Shown: positions 53,160 through 64,000 of the stretch, piece after piece
How positions within the stretch are numbered: position 1 is the first letter of the stretch
Layout of the letters: every line of letters begins with the position of its first letter
From: an uncultured Methanoregulaceae archaeon
Lineage (GTDB): Archaea > Halobacteriota > Methanomicrobia > Methanomicrobiales > Methanospirillaceae
Reading direction: 5' to 3'
Assembly (NCBI GenBank): GCA_963705255.1
Contig: OY970061.1
Coordinates: forward strand, 480,001-544,000
Length of the DNA stretch: 64,000 nt
Translations under genes and position numbers: made by a program
The notes under the pieces: generated by a model
Told to the model about the DNA's origin: nothing
What the model saw: the letters and a program-made list of their open reading frames with translations, nothing else
Databases searched by the model: none

Positions 53160-53418
53160 ACGCCGCCGCCCCCGGCGGGGCGCAGTCGAAGAACTCTGAT
53201 GAGTTCTTCTCCAGCCAATCTTTGCTGAAGCAACTATTGTCTCCCCGTGGCGGATCAGTGACGAATAAATTCTGAAAACCTTCCTGCCCCGCCGTGCCTC
53301 GGAGAGGCCCTGAGGCGGGGAACCCTCGCTCCTATGAATTTTCCGATCCGGCCTCCACGGTCGAAGAACTCTGATGAGTTCTTCTCCTCCTCGAGGTTCT
53401 GACGAACCTCTTCGGATT
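53160..53418. repeat. Second REP-like hairpin cluster
   Basis: Identical 28-mers GTCGAAGAACTCTGATGAGTTCTTCTCC at 53185 and 53360, plus further hairpins. Confidence 0.75.
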
Positions 53419-54018
53419 CTAAAAAAAGATCTCCTCCCTCGGCAGCCGCCATTTCGGGTGCTGGGTGTCGGCCGCGTACCCGATCGCGCACAGGACCACC
53501 GGCACGTACTCTTCCGGCAGGAAGAGGACTTCGGCAAAGCCGGCCGGTTCGAAACCCCCCATCGGGCAGGAGTCGAGCCCGAGCGATTTTGCGCCGTTCA
53601 CCGCGTTTGCAAGCGCGATATGGACCTGCTCGCGGGCAAAACCGAGCCGCTGTTCCGGGCTCATGGACCCGATATAGCCCCGTATCATGGCTTCATGCCG
53701 CCGGATATCGTCCTCCGGCATCCCGGTCAGGTCCATGACCTCGAGCACCTTGTCGGCAAGCCGTTCCAGTTCGGTATTGGCGCAGAAGACCAGCAGGTGC
53801 GAGCAGGTGGTGATCTGCGGCTGGTCATGCGCGAACGGGCGCAGCAGTGCCTTGATCTTGGCCCCGGTGACGACCTTGACCTTCCAGGGCTGCAGGTTGA
53901 ACGCCGACGGTGAGTAGCGGATGAGGTCAAGGAGCGCAAACAGTTTCGGTTCCTCCACCATCCTGCCATCGAACTCCTTGGTGGCGTACCGCTGCATCAG
54001 GATATCTTTGAACTCCAT
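53419..54018 (-). CDS. Nitroreductase family protein
   Basis: RYATKEFD, SPSAFNLQPW and SCPMGGF motifs. Confidence 0.93.
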   Translation of the reverse strand: MEFKDILMQRYATKEFDGRMVEEPKLFALLDLIRYSPSAFNLQPWKVKVVTGAKIKALLRPFAHDQPQITTCSHLLVFCANTELERLADKVLEVMDLTGMPEDDIRRHEAMIRGYIGSMSPEQRLGFAREQVHIALANAVNGAKSLGLDSCPMGGFEPAGFAEVLFLPEEYVPVVLCAIGYAADTQHPKWRLPREEIFF

Positions 54019-54089
54019 TCCCGTCCTCTCATGATCTCTCTGATCCTACCTGACCTGTTGGGGTTACCAGATAAAAAATGGTGGCAGGC

Positions 54090-54752
54090 CTACGGGATCT
54101 TCGCGTACGCTTTCTGTGCAAGTGCTGTTACGGTTGCCACGTCTGCCCCGGGGCCGGTCACGCTGATCACTTCAAAGGTGGTCCCGCGGGAGAAGACGAC
54201 CTCCGCGATATCGTCTTTCGCGAGCGTCTCGACATCATGGTTCTCCGGCCCGGAGACAAGCGGGTTCGCATTGGTGGGCTTTACCAGGACCGGGGCACTC
54301 GCTCTGCCGTAAAATCCTGTGCCCTGTCCTCCCGGGACACCGGTACCGATCTCCGTATAATTCAGGTCAGTGTCGGACTGGTCCTGGGTATCAACCATTT
54401 TCACAATATCAGGCATGGTACCCCCGGGATACACAGCGATGGACTGGACGATCACGGTCTGCCTGCCTCCGGCAGGGGGGGTGCTGGACCAGCGCACGAC
54501 ATACCCCCCCTGCCAGCCGAGTTGCCGTGCCAGTGTCCCGACCTCAGAACTGTTTTTTGCCCTGCTCTCGACCAGGGTAAACCCCGGGGCGAGATCCGCC
54601 GGGGTCAGGGCGAGGTCTGCGAGGACCGGTCCTGCAGCGGGAGAGACCGTGGCGGTGACCGGAACCGGGGCCGGTGTACTGTGGGTACAACCAGCGGCCA
54701 GGAGAAGAGAAAAGACAAGAAATACGAGGATCAGGGAGCGCGAAACAACCAT
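54090..54752 (-). CDS. Putative lipoprotein
   Basis: Lipobox LLAAGC after a hydrophobic signal; LALTPADL. Confidence 0.8.
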   Translation of the reverse strand: MVVSRSLILVFLVFSLLLAAGCTHSTPAPVPVTATVSPAAGPVLADLALTPADLAPGFTLVESRAKNSSEVGTLARQLGWQGGYVVRWSSTPPAGGRQTVIVQSIAVYPGGTMPDIVKMVDTQDQSDTDLNYTEIGTGVPGGQGTGFYGRASAPVLVKPTNANPLVSGPENHDVETLAKDDIAEVVFSRGTTFEVISVTGPGADVATVTALAQKAYAKIP

Positions 54753-54831
54753 GGTACAGTATCGATGTGACCGGCACAAAAAGGTGTTTGTTTGTGCCGG
54801 ACCGGGCATTCAGCACCTGTCCGCACGCGGA

Positions 54832-55074
54832 TTATTGCTGCCCGGCTTCAGGACCTTTGATGCAGTAGTAGGCTTTCCTGAAGCCCAGCCCCAGAAAGAC
54901 CGGGCAGGCAGGGCAGGCGCAGCCCTTCTTCTCAAAGGTGCACTCAGGGGATTTGCCGGTCAGGCAGAACAGGAGTCCATCGCCGGCCCGCATGCACTCG
55001 TTGTAGGTGGGGCACGGCTCGCACAGGCACTTTCCCCTGTTCTCTTCGGTCATTTTTTTCAGGTCTCCGGTCAT
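54832..55074 (-). CDS. Cys-rich small protein (DUF2769-like)
   Basis: CLC..CPTYN.C...LFC..GKS..C....GC.C..CPV.......YYC. Confidence 0.8.
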   Translation of the reverse strand: MTGDLKKMTEENRGKCLCEPCPTYNECMRAGDGLLFCLTGKSPECTFEKKGCACPACPVFLGLGFRKAYYCIKGPEAGQQ

Positions 55075-55225
55075 CCCATACCCCCATGCCCGTCCCGCCG
55101 GGGCCGGACAGGATCTGTACGTAAATTATCGGACGCTCCCAGATAATACTAGTGCCGCCCCCGGTGCGGGGGACGGGAAAAAGTACGGCAAAAAGAATAA
55201 GAGGGTGGTCTTAAAATTATATTCC

Positions 55226-55955
55226 ATGCCTGCGCCACTTGTCGGAAGAAAGTTCGGTGTCAATATCGTCCCGGTCCCGGACCGTGCCTCCTGCCAGAAG
55301 ATCCGGGTGCTCGGGATCTCGGGGTCGAGCCGCCAGCAGCCGGCGATGAGCAAGTCCGAACGCCTCCTCAAGGCGGCACTTGAGACATGCAGCAGCTACG
55401 GGTGCCAGACCTCGTTCCTGCGCTTAAAGGACCTCAGGATTTATGACTGCGAAGGGAACTATTCAGAAAACCCTTCGTACTGCACCTATCCCTGCCAGAG
55501 CTCGCTTAAGTACCGATGACGACCAGATGCAGGCCGTGTACGATGCCGTCCTGTCCTCCGACATCCTCTTCCTCGCGACCCCGATCCGCTGGAACAACCA
55601 CTCGGCGCTCGTCCAGAAGTTCGTTGAGCGGATGAACTCCATCGAGAACCAGTACTCGTGGTTCGGGAACCGGATGATCCGGGACAAGGTGGCCGGCCTC
55701 ATCATCATCGGGCACGTGGACGGGATCCAGCACGTGGCGGGAAACCTCCTCAACTTCTTCTCGTGGCTCGGGTTCCATATCCCGGAGATTGCGATCGCCT
55801 CATGGGTGGGGGAGAATGACGAGGACACGACCAAGGACTGGGCCCTGATCGAGAACAACCGGTACACCCGGGAAGACCTGCAGAACCTGGTGGCGAGTTC
55901 CATCCGCCTTGCCTGCGCCCTCCGGAGCCACGTAGCGGAAGAGACGGCCGCGTAG
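55226..55955 (+). CDS. Flavodoxin/iron-sulfur flavoprotein-like FMN reductase, frameshift near 55514
   Basis: LGISGSSR, CEGNYS....CTYPC, DDQM, ATPIRW and KVAG motifs. Confidence 0.85.
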
Positions 55956-56161
55956 TTCACGGGTCGCAACGGGCCTCATGTACGCCGCCCGCCTGCCGGA
56001 GAAGATCGACTGGACTGGCGACAGACCGTTGCAGTCCATGAGCAGAGATGTTTTTCCGGCCCTGACATTCACCGTCCCGCGGGACAGCGATACTGTAATC
56101 ATAAATACGATGGATCTTCAAACTGTACTTACCAGAAAGGAAGCAGGAGTGGCATCAGAGC

Positions 56162-57139
56162 ATGTTTCCCCAGAGACGGATGAGGAGGGCACGGTCACGG
56201 AATATCCAGCCGCTCCTGCGCGAGATCACCCTGACAAAAGATGATCTCGTGGCCCCGCTTTTTGTCGATGAGACGATCGCGGCCCCACGACTTATCGATT
56301 CGATGCCGGGACAGTCCCGGTACCCGGTCAGCGGTATCGGGAGTGCGGCGCAGGAGTTGTGGAAGAAAGGGATCCGGGCGGTACTGCTGTTCGGGGTCCC
56401 GGAGAAGAAAGACCCGGAAGGGCGGTCCGCGTACGAACCGGAAGGGGTAGTCCAGCAGGCTGTCCGGCGGGTGAAGGCAGAGGTCCCGGGCATGGTCGTC
56501 ATCACCGACGTCTGTGCCTGCGAGTACACCGATCACGGGCACTGCGGGATCGTCGGGGAGACCCGCTACGGCCTCGACCTGCTCAACGACCCGTCGCTCG
56601 AACTCATGAACCGGATCGCCCTCAGCCACGCAGAGGCAGGTGCCGACATCGTGGCCCCGTCGTGCATGCTCGACGGCATGGTCGGGTCGATCCGCACGGC
56701 GCTCGACACCGCAGGGTTCGGGGAGGTCCTGATAATGTCCTATTCGACAAAGTTCGCATCGGCCCTGTACGGCCCGTTCCGGGAGGCGGCCGACTCCGGG
56801 TTCGCGTTTGGCGACCGCACCAGCTACCAGATCAGCCCGGCGAACGGCCGCGAGGCGTTCCTCGAGTCCCGGATGGACGCAGAGGAGGGGGCCGACATCC
56901 TGATGGTGAAACCCGCGGGGTTCTACCTCGACGTGCTCTCGGAAGTCGCGACCCTCGGCCTGCCGGTTGCCGCGTACCAGGTGAGCGGCGAATACTCGAT
57001 GATCAAGGGCGCCGCAGCGAACGGGTGGCTGAATGAGAGGGAGACGGTACTCGAGAGCCTGACCTGCATCAAGCGGGCGGGTGCCGACCTGATCATCACG
57101 TACTTTGCAGGCGAGGCCGCCGGGTGGCTCGATGAATAA
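56162..57139 (+). CDS. hemB: Porphobilinogen synthase
   Basis: [27 protein letters not shown] and AYQVSGEY motifs. Confidence 0.97.
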   Translation: MFPQRRMRRARSRNIQPLLREITLTKDDLVAPLFVDETIAAPRLIDSMPGQSRYPVSGIGSAAQELWKKGIRAVLLFGVPEKKDPEGRSAYEPEGVVQQAVRRVKAEVPGMVVITDVCACEYTDHGHCGIVGETRYGLDLLNDPSLELMNRIALSHAEAGADIVAPSCMLDGMVGSIRTALDTAGFGEVLIMSYSTKFASALYGPFREAADSGFAFGDRTSYQISPANGREAFLESRMDAEEGADILMVKPAGFYLDVLSEVATLGLPVAAYQVSGEYSMIKGAAANGWLNERETVLESLTCIKRAGADLIITYFAGEAAGWLDE

Positions 57140-58382
57140 GGAGAGCAGCAGCGAGCTCTTCGGGCTTGCAAAGACCCTGATGCCCGGCGGCGTCAGCAGC
57201 CCGGTGAGGGCGATCAAACCCTACCCGTTCTATACAGCAAGGGCCGAAGGTTCCCGCCTGACTGTTGTCGACGGTTACCAGCTCATCGACTGCTGCATGG
57301 CCTACGGCCCGCTCATTCTCGGGCATGCACACCCGCTCGTGAAGAATGCCATCGCGGCCCGGCTCGGGGACGGCTGGCTCTACGGCACGCCCTCGCCACT
57401 CGAACCCGAATTTGCCGGCATGATCACCGCCGACCACCCGGGCATGGAGATGGTGCGGTTCGTCTCGAGCGGTTCGGAAGCGACCATGGCGGCAATCCGG
57501 CTCGCCCGCGGCTTTACCGGAAAGAAGGATATCGTCAAGATCGAAGGCGGGTTCCACGGGGCCCACGACGGGGTGCTGGTCAAAGCCGGTTCAGGTGCCA
57601 CGACCATGGGGGTCCCCGACTCGGCCGGCGTCCTTGCCGACCTCGTCGCCCATACCCTGCAGGTGCCGTACAATGACCCCGGGATGCTGGAATCCGTCCT
57701 TTCCGCTCATGACGATGTTGCAGCGTTCATCCTCGAACCCGTCCTCGGAAACATCGGCCCCGTCCTGCCGGAGGACCACTACCTCCGGGAGGTCCGGGAG
57801 ATCACGAAGGCCCACGACGTGCTCCTCATCTTCGACGAAGTCATCACCGGTTACCGGGTCGGGATCGGCGGAGCCCAGGTGAAGTACGGGGTCAGGCCGG
57901 ACCTCACCACGCTCGGCAAGATCATCGGCGGGGGGCTGCCGATCGGTGCCTTTGGCGGGAGGCGGGAGATCATGGAACTGGTGGCGCCGCAGGGACCGGT
58001 CTACCAGGCAGGGACGTTCTCGGGGAACCCGCTCTCGCTGACCGCGGGCATCGCCACCCTGCGCTACCTCCACAGCCACTCGTCCCTGTACGACAGCCTC
58101 GACCGGAAGACCCGGGCCCTCGGGGAGTCGCTCGGCGAGGGAGGGAGCGGATCCTTTGTCCGGCTCGGCTCGATGTTCAAGTATTTCTTCCGGGCTGAAC
58201 CCCCTCAAAACTACCGGGAAGTGAAGGAATGCGACACCGCGGCATTCGGCATGTTCTGGAAACGGATGCTGGACGACGGCATCTTCCTGCCGCCCTCCCA
58301 GTTCGAGACCAACTTCCTCTCGGCAGCGCACAGCGATCAGGACCTTGCAACCCTCGCACGGGCGTACACACAATGCCGGTAA
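57132..58382 (+). CDS. hemL: Glutamate-1-semialdehyde 2,1-aminomutase
   Basis: [25 protein letters not shown] and [10 protein letters not shown] motifs. Confidence 0.97.
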   Translation: MNKESSSELFGLAKTLMPGGVSSPVRAIKPYPFYTARAEGSRLTVVDGYQLIDCCMAYGPLILGHAHPLVKNAIAARLGDGWLYGTPSPLEPEFAGMITADHPGMEMVRFVSSGSEATMAAIRLARGFTGKKDIVKIEGGFHGAHDGVLVKAGSGATTMGVPDSAGVLADLVAHTLQVPYNDPGMLESVLSAHDDVAAFILEPVLGNIGPVLPEDHYLREVREITKAHDVLLIFDEVITGYRVGIGGAQVKYGVRPDLTTLGKIIGGGLPIGAFGGRREIMELVAPQGPVYQAGTFSGNPLSLTAGIATLRYLHSHSSLYDSLDRKTRALGESLGEGGSGSFVRLGSMFKYFFRAEPPQNYREVKECDTAAFGMFWKRMLDDGIFLPPSQFETNFLSAAHSDQDLATLARAYTQCR

Positions 58383-59257
58383 AGATCGGGACCCGGGGCA
58401 GCAAGCTTGCCCTCGTCCAGACAGAGACGGTCATGAAAAAACTGACCGCGCTCGGCATCGAATCGGAAAAAGTGATCGTCAGCACTCAGGGGGATACCTC
58501 CACCCAGGTGCCCCTCCACGAGATCGGCGGGCAGGGGGTTTTTGTCCGGGCCCTTGACGACGCGATCCTTGCCGGGGAGATCGACTGCGCAGTCCACAGC
58601 ATGAAAGACATCCCCGCCTTCCGCCCGAGCGGGCTGGTCACAGCGGCCGTGCTCAAGCGCGACTCCGCGGCCGATTTTCTCGCCCACCGGGGCGCGATCT
58701 CATCCGTGAAGATTGTCGGCACCTCGAGCACCCGCAGGCGCGCCCAGCTCCTCCGCCATGACCCGGATATTGTCACCAAGGACCTCCGCGGGAACGTGGA
58801 CACCCGGATCCGGAAGATGAGCGCCGGCGAGTACGACGCCATCGTCCTTGCCGAGGGCGGGCTGACCCGGCTCGGGATCCGGATCCAGGGCGAGCGGTTT
58901 CCCCCGGAAAAATTCGTCCCGTCGCCCAACCAGGGGACCATTGCGGTCGTGAGCCGGGCCGACCCCTCCTTAATGGAGGTCCTGTCGGCACTCGACCACC
59001 CGCAGACCCGGACGGATGTCGCTATCGAACGGGCGGTCATGGAGCAGCTGGGCGGGGGATGTTTCACGCCGCTCGGCATCTACTGCCGGGCAGGGCACCT
59101 CATAGCAGAGGTTCTCTCGCTGGACGGGCAGCGGACGGAACGGATCGAGACGGATATCAAAACCATCGAACAGGCCCGTGAGCAGGGGCGGCAGCTGCGG
59201 ACGAGGGCACAGGACCTGATCGACGAGGCATACAAAAAACTGGGGGTTCATGCATGA
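58373..59257 (+). CDS. hemC: Hydroxymethylbilane synthase
   Basis: [28 protein letters not shown] and GGGC motifs. Confidence 0.97.
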   Translation: MPVKIGTRGSKLALVQTETVMKKLTALGIESEKVIVSTQGDTSTQVPLHEIGGQGVFVRALDDAILAGEIDCAVHSMKDIPAFRPSGLVTAAVLKRDSAADFLAHRGAISSVKIVGTSSTRRRAQLLRHDPDIVTKDLRGNVDTRIRKMSAGEYDAIVLAEGGLTRLGIRIQGERFPPEKFVPSPNQGTIAVVSRADPSLMEVLSALDHPQTRTDVAIERAVMEQLGGGCFTPLGIYCRAGHLIAEVLSLDGQRTERIETDIKTIEQAREQGRQLRTRAQDLIDEAYKKLGVHA

Positions 59258-60012
59258 ATGGTAAAGTGTACCTTGTCGGGTCCGGCCCGGGCGGCGAAGG
59301 GCTCCTCACCCGGCGCGGGCGGCACGTGATCGACATGGCCGATGTCGTGCTCTTCGACCAGCTGCCCGGGGAAGAGATCCTCGCCTCGCTCCCGGCCCGG
59401 GCCGAGAAGATCGACTGCGGCAAGTACGGCGGCAGCCACACGCTCGAGCAGGACGAGATCGAGGCCCTGCTGGTGGACCGGGCACGGAAGGGAAAGGTTG
59501 TGGTCAGGCTCAAGGGCGGCGACCCGTTCCTCTTCGGCCGCGGCGGGGAGGAGATGGAGACGGTCCGCGCCGCCGGGATCCCGGTCGAGATGGTGCCGGG
59601 CATATCGAGCGCCCTCGCCGTCCCGGCATCGGTCGGCATCCCGCTCACCCACCGGAGATATGCCTCGCAGGTGACTATCCTGACCGGCAACGAGGACCCT
59701 GCCAAACCCGGGCCGGCTCTCGACTGGAGACTGCTGGCGGAGAGCCGGGGGACCATCGTCATCCTCATGGGCGTTGCGAACCTTCCGAAGATTGCCGAAG
59801 CGCTGCTGAAGAACCACAAGCCGGCGGAGACCCCGGTCGCCATCATCGAGCGGGGCCTGAGGAGGGACCGGAGAGTAACAACGGGAACCCTTGCGGCCAT
59901 CGCGGAGACAGCACAAGAAGCCGGTGTCAGGCCCCCGGCGGTGATTGTGATCGGCGACGTCGTGAACCTGTACGACCCGGGCCTGCCGGACCTGATCCCT
60001 TACGAGGGTTGA
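59254..60012 (+). CDS. cobA: Uroporphyrinogen-III C-methyltransferase
   Basis: VYLVGSGPG, RLKGGDPFLFGRGGEE and PGISS motifs. Confidence 0.96.
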   Translation: MNGKVYLVGSGPGGEGLLTRRGRHVIDMADVVLFDQLPGEEILASLPARAEKIDCGKYGGSHTLEQDEIEALLVDRARKGKVVVRLKGGDPFLFGRGGEEMETVRAAGIPVEMVPGISSALAVPASVGIPLTHRRYASQVTILTGNEDPAKPGPALDWRLLAESRGTIVILMGVANLPKIAEALLKNHKPAETPVAIIERGLRRDRRVTTGTLAAIAETAQEAGVRPPAVIVIGDVVNLYDPGLPDLIPYEG

Positions 60013-60013
60013 G

Positions 60014-60466
60014 ATGAAAGATATGCTTGATATCGTTGCGAAATTTGAGAAGATCCTGTACGGGACGCTCATCCTCATGCTGATGGCCGTCCTTGTCTTT
60101 GCCGTAGTGCAGCTCGCGTGGACCCTGATCACCTCGCTGACCAACTTTTCTCCCGGGCTGCCCGAGAGCTACGGACTGGCGAATGTCCTGGGGGCCTTCC
60201 TCCTGGTGCTGATCGGTATCGAACTGCTGGACACCATGATGGAGTATTTCCGGGAGAATGCCATCCATGTTGAGATCGTCGTGCTCCTTGCGATCATCGC
60301 GATCGCCCGGAAGGTCATCCTCCTCGACCCGGCGGCCACGACCGGCTTCGAGCTGATCGGGATCGGCGTCGTGATCCTCGGGCTCGCGGGGGCCTATTAC
60401 CTGATCAAGAAAGCCGGGTTTACGATCGGAAAGGGCGGGATCGGGAAGCAGGAAAAGCGTGAGTAA
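60014..60466 (+). CDS. PsiE family membrane protein
   Basis: LLVLIGIELLDT and AIIAIARKVI motifs. Confidence 0.85.
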   Translation: MKDMLDIVAKFEKILYGTLILMLMAVLVFAVVQLAWTLITSLTNFSPGLPESYGLANVLGAFLLVLIGIELLDTMMEYFRENAIHVEIVVLLAIIAIARKVILLDPAATTGFELIGIGVVILGLAGAYYLIKKAGFTIGKGGIGKQEKRE

Positions 60467-61941
60467 CAGGATGACAATTTCCTTTTTGATGAATTTTTTC
60501 CATTCCCGGACTAATTCAGAAAACTCCAATCCGGCAACTAACAGTCGCAGCCAGATCAAGACTGAAGCCCGCCCCCGTCCTTTCACACGGACCAGCACGG
60601 AAAACTTCAACCGGACCCCGCTCAAAATGTTTTCCACCGCCATCCGGATTGCGATCGAACATCGTTTCCCGATCAATCAAACCATGGTTAAAAATTTTCA
60701 ACCGAGCTTTGATTGAACAATTTTCAGCAGACCCTGCTTGAAAAATATTCATCAGCCCTCTCATTGGAAAATATCACTCACCTCCTCCTCCTCCCCAGCC
60801 CGGGCTCACGGCGATATGCGATGAGAAAAATATCTCGATCAGGCCCCTAAAACAGGGGGTTCTTTTCGTTTCAGCCTGCCGGGGGTCGATCCGGGGCTGA
60901 AATCGGCCGCTGGAACGCTGCTAAATACGTCCTCAATTCTCCGACGTGGAAATAAGAAAAATCCGGGAATTATTCCCCCATTTTCGCGAATTATTGCCTC
61001 TCCGGGATCTGTGCCAGCAGTACAGGAAGAAAGTCTCCGACGGAGAAGTGCAAATTGGAGAGAGCTGGTCCTCAAGGTCCCGGATAATATCTCCCATGGT
61101 TCCCGACATCAACCTACCCACTGCCAGAAAACCACCCTCAGGCAATGCTCTCCAGAGTAGAACCCCTGTACTCAGGCGGCAGCCCGGACCTGCAATCCTG
61201 CCGAAAAATAACTGCCTGGAATGACCCCTTTTTGCCAAACGGAGCCCGATTCGAAAGGTCGGATTTTTGATAGTCGCGTTTTTTTGCGAATTACAACACA
61301 TCGTTTTCAAGATACGTCCGTTTCGTCGTCCTTTCGTCTGTTTGAGGGGTATTTCAGCCTCTAAAAAACGTCTAATTGTTGCCTTTTGTGTACCAGGGAA
61401 CCGGAATCCTGGAGATCAGGTCGCGAAATGAAATGGCAGGGGGTGGGAAGATCTCCACGATCTTGCCGTCGTCTCCTGGAGGAGTGACGAGGTAACGATA
61501 AACCTTGCCGAGCTGAAGAAGCGTGTGAGGTGGGTGACCCGCTGGCCTCCGTCTCCAAAAATTTTTCAAAATCCCTGGACCCGCATTGAAAGTATTTGAG
61601 AGTCCCATACCAGTCTTCAAAAATTTTCCGGACTCTTCAATCATTCATCAAGATTTTTTCCGCTCTGAAAAATTTCTCTAAAACAAATTATTTCCGAAAA
61701 TTTTCCCGGCTCAAAAAAAAATTCCCGCCGCCAACCTGTCAGATCCCCCGGACGACGTACCGGGAGCCGGGGCCCGCTCCCGCCACACCTGCCCGGGCGG
61801 CATCACCCGCCGGCCTCTCCCCAGGAGACCCGTCGGGCAGAGGCATTTAAGAATATTCATCATATCAGAAGGAAAATACTCCCCACTCATGCCCCCGTCT
61901 GTACTGTCTGGCGGGGTAACACCGGGGCGGAGTGTGATACC

Positions 61942-63634
61942 ATGTATACGCTCGACATCAGAACCCTTTTTGTGACGCTCTTTCTCGTCAATGTCGTCCT
62001 CACGCTGATGCTCTTTGTCTTCTGGAGGTCCCAGAAGACTCATGACGGGTTCAGGACATGGATGCTCTCCCTGCTGGTCACCACCTGCGGGTATTTTCTG
62101 TACCTGATCAGTGGGTCCCTGGCTGTTCAGCTCTACTCAACGGTGGCAAATCTTTTGATCGTGCTGTCGGTCATGATGCGGCTTGACAGCACCAGGAGAT
62201 ATTTCCGGTCAAGAGCGCTCCCCCGGATCATGTACGCCACCCTGATACCGGCCGCCCTCCTCTTACTCTGGTTTACGTACCGTGTCGATTCGGTTGTCAT
62301 GCGTGGCGTGATCATCGGGCTGCTCATCGTTCCCTCGTTCCTCGCGACCTCCTTCATCGCGGTACGGGCCAGGGAACCGGAGACGCGGTTGCTCAGGTAC
62401 AGCTTCGCTTCAGCCCTCATGGTCACGGCCCTCCTCTGGACCGCGATAACCGTCATCGCGATCGTCACCCCCGGGGACCACTCGCTCCTGGGCCCGGATC
62501 CCATAAACCCGATCTTCTTTATCGTCACGATCCTGATGGATATCGTCTCCACGGGATCCTTCCTGATGCTCAATATGGCCCGCTCCCAGACCGAGCTCCG
62601 GAAGAGCGAGGAGGGGTACCGGAACCTTGCGGACAACCTCCCCGATTATATCCTCGTACACGACGGGGAGTCCATCCGGTACGCCAACCCGGGCAGCGGC
62701 CCGGCTCACGGGATCGTCCGGAGAAACCCTTGCGGGAAGATCGATCTCTTCGTTCATGACCGCTGCGAGTGCTGAGGCTTTCCGGGCGTTCACCAGTGCA
62801 ATCCGCAACGGGGAATCCCCCTCACCGCTCGGTGGGATCGATATCCGGCTCGGGGACGGCACTATCAGGCACTGCCTGATCAAGACCGTCCGGATCGAAG
62901 ATGTGGGGATGCCGGCATTCTTGTCCGTGATCACCGATATCACCGAGCGGAAGGCAGCAGAGGATGCACTCTCCCGGTTGAATAAGAAGCTCACGATCCT
63001 CTCATCGATAACCCGGCACGACATCAAGAACCAGCTCATGGCCCTCTCGACCTATCTCGAGCTCTCGGGAGAAAGTCTCGGCAACGTTCCCGCCGCATCG
63101 GGGTATCTCAGAACGGGGATGGAGATTGCCCGGACGATGGGGCAGCAGATCGATTTCACCAAAGTCTATGAGGATATGGGAACGACAGCCCCTGCCTGGC
63201 AGAACATCAGTGCAAGTGTCCGGCGGGCAGTTGCCGCCCTGCCCATGCGGGATGTACGGGTGGAGGTCGACCGGTCGGATCTTGAAATTTATGCCGATCC
63301 CCTGTTCGAAAAGATCTTTTATAATCTGATCGACAATGCCCTGAAATACGGCGGCGGGGCAATGACGACCATCCGCATATCCTCAAATGAAACGGGCGGG
63401 GGACTCGTGGTTGCCTGCGAGGACGACGGGGTCGGCATTCCGGGCGGGGACAAGCAGCACCTCTTCGAGCGGGGCTACGGGAAACATACCGGCCTCGGCC
63501 TCTTCCTCTCCCGCGAGATCCTCTCGATCACCGCTATCGCCATCGCCGAGACCGGTGAGCCGGGAAGAGGGGCCCGCTTCGAGATCCTGGTGCCGAAGGA
63601 CCACTACCGGGTGATACCGGATACGGGTAAATAA
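61942..63634 (+). CDS. Membrane-bound PAS sensor histidine kinase, +1 frameshift near 62691
   Basis: About 7 TM helices, PAS domain, H-box TRHDIKNQL, NLIDNALKYG, DDGVGI and GLGL motifs. Confidence 0.9.
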
Positions 63635-63729
63635 TGCGCCGGGTTCCCGGGCAGGGGAACGAACCACGCTTCTTCTGGTGCACATTTTGCAATGAACCTG
63701 CCCGGCCCCCGGCCACGCCGGCCCCGATC

Positions 63730-63999
63730 CTATCCCAGAAACTTCCGGATGTTTGCTGCCTGCAGGATCATTGGCTGGAGATCGTTGTTCCGGTTATCGT
63801 GAAGCGCCTGGAGAATTGAATTCGTGACCAGCCGGTGCACATCATGTACCTCATCTCCGCAGATCCGTTCTGCTGCTTTCTTCATGGACGATGAAAGGAA
63901 CGGCGAGTCCGGATTCATGTACCGGATCGCATCGAGAAGATCCCGGTCAAAATTCACGTACACTTCACGCACGAACGCAAGGTCATCACGGTCAAGCGC
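63730..63999 (-). CDS. Hypothetical protein, C-terminal part (begins beyond the window)
   Basis: Frame is open to the window edge (ALDRDDLAFVREV...). Confidence 0.65.
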   Translation of the reverse strand, partial: ALDRDDLAFVREVYVNFDRDLLDAIRYMNPDSPFLSSSMKKAAERICGDEVHDVHRLVTNSILQALHDNRNNDLQPMILQAANIRKFLG

Positions 64000-64000
64000 T

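Noticed and set aside
53185-53410. Hammerhead ribozyme or C/D box suggested by CTGATGA/CTGACGA
   Set aside because: The motif forms the loop of a simple perfect hairpin, with no GAAA core or three-stem junction.
12437-60144. Many long antisense or alternate-frame ORFs (e.g. 12514-13782, 32177-33205, 51750-53081, 56195-57217)
   Set aside because: They are shadow ORFs of GC-rich genuine genes and have no recognisable motifs.

Overview
Archaeal chromosome segment, most likely from a Methanomicrobiales methanogen (Methanoregula-like). This assignment is inferred from TFIIE-alpha, aTrm56, archaeal-type AlaRS, the DUF39-CBS/NIL-ferredoxin/UPF0280 sulfur-assimilation trio and a PGF-pre-PGF surface protein. 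From left to right: (1) an AT-rich sugar cluster (rfbF, gtrA, rfbG-like, gtrB-like, ThDP enzyme, dmpF/dmpG-like pair, SDR) that resembles a bacterial C4-branched higher-carbon sugar pathway, next to an integrase relic at tRNA-Leu(GAG); (2) housekeeping genes; (3) a type I-C CRISPR-Cas locus (30 repeats, 29 spacers), followed by two convergent RelE-type toxin-antitoxin pairs that enclose an orphan type I-E-like mini-array; (4) sulfur genes, alaS and hisH; (5) accessory and surface genes plus an unannotated 25-aa Lys/Ala peptide; (6) a low-GC NERD-type nuclease gene and PIN modules around tRNA-Gly(GCC); (7) an interrupted tetrapyrrole operon and a PAS histidine kinase. A family of covarying REP-like hairpins (GGAGAAGA-stem-TCTTCGAC) recurs in intergenic clusters. 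About 12 single-base indels split otherwise intact genes, probably long-read consensus errors. All product calls come from motif recognition by eye, not database searches.
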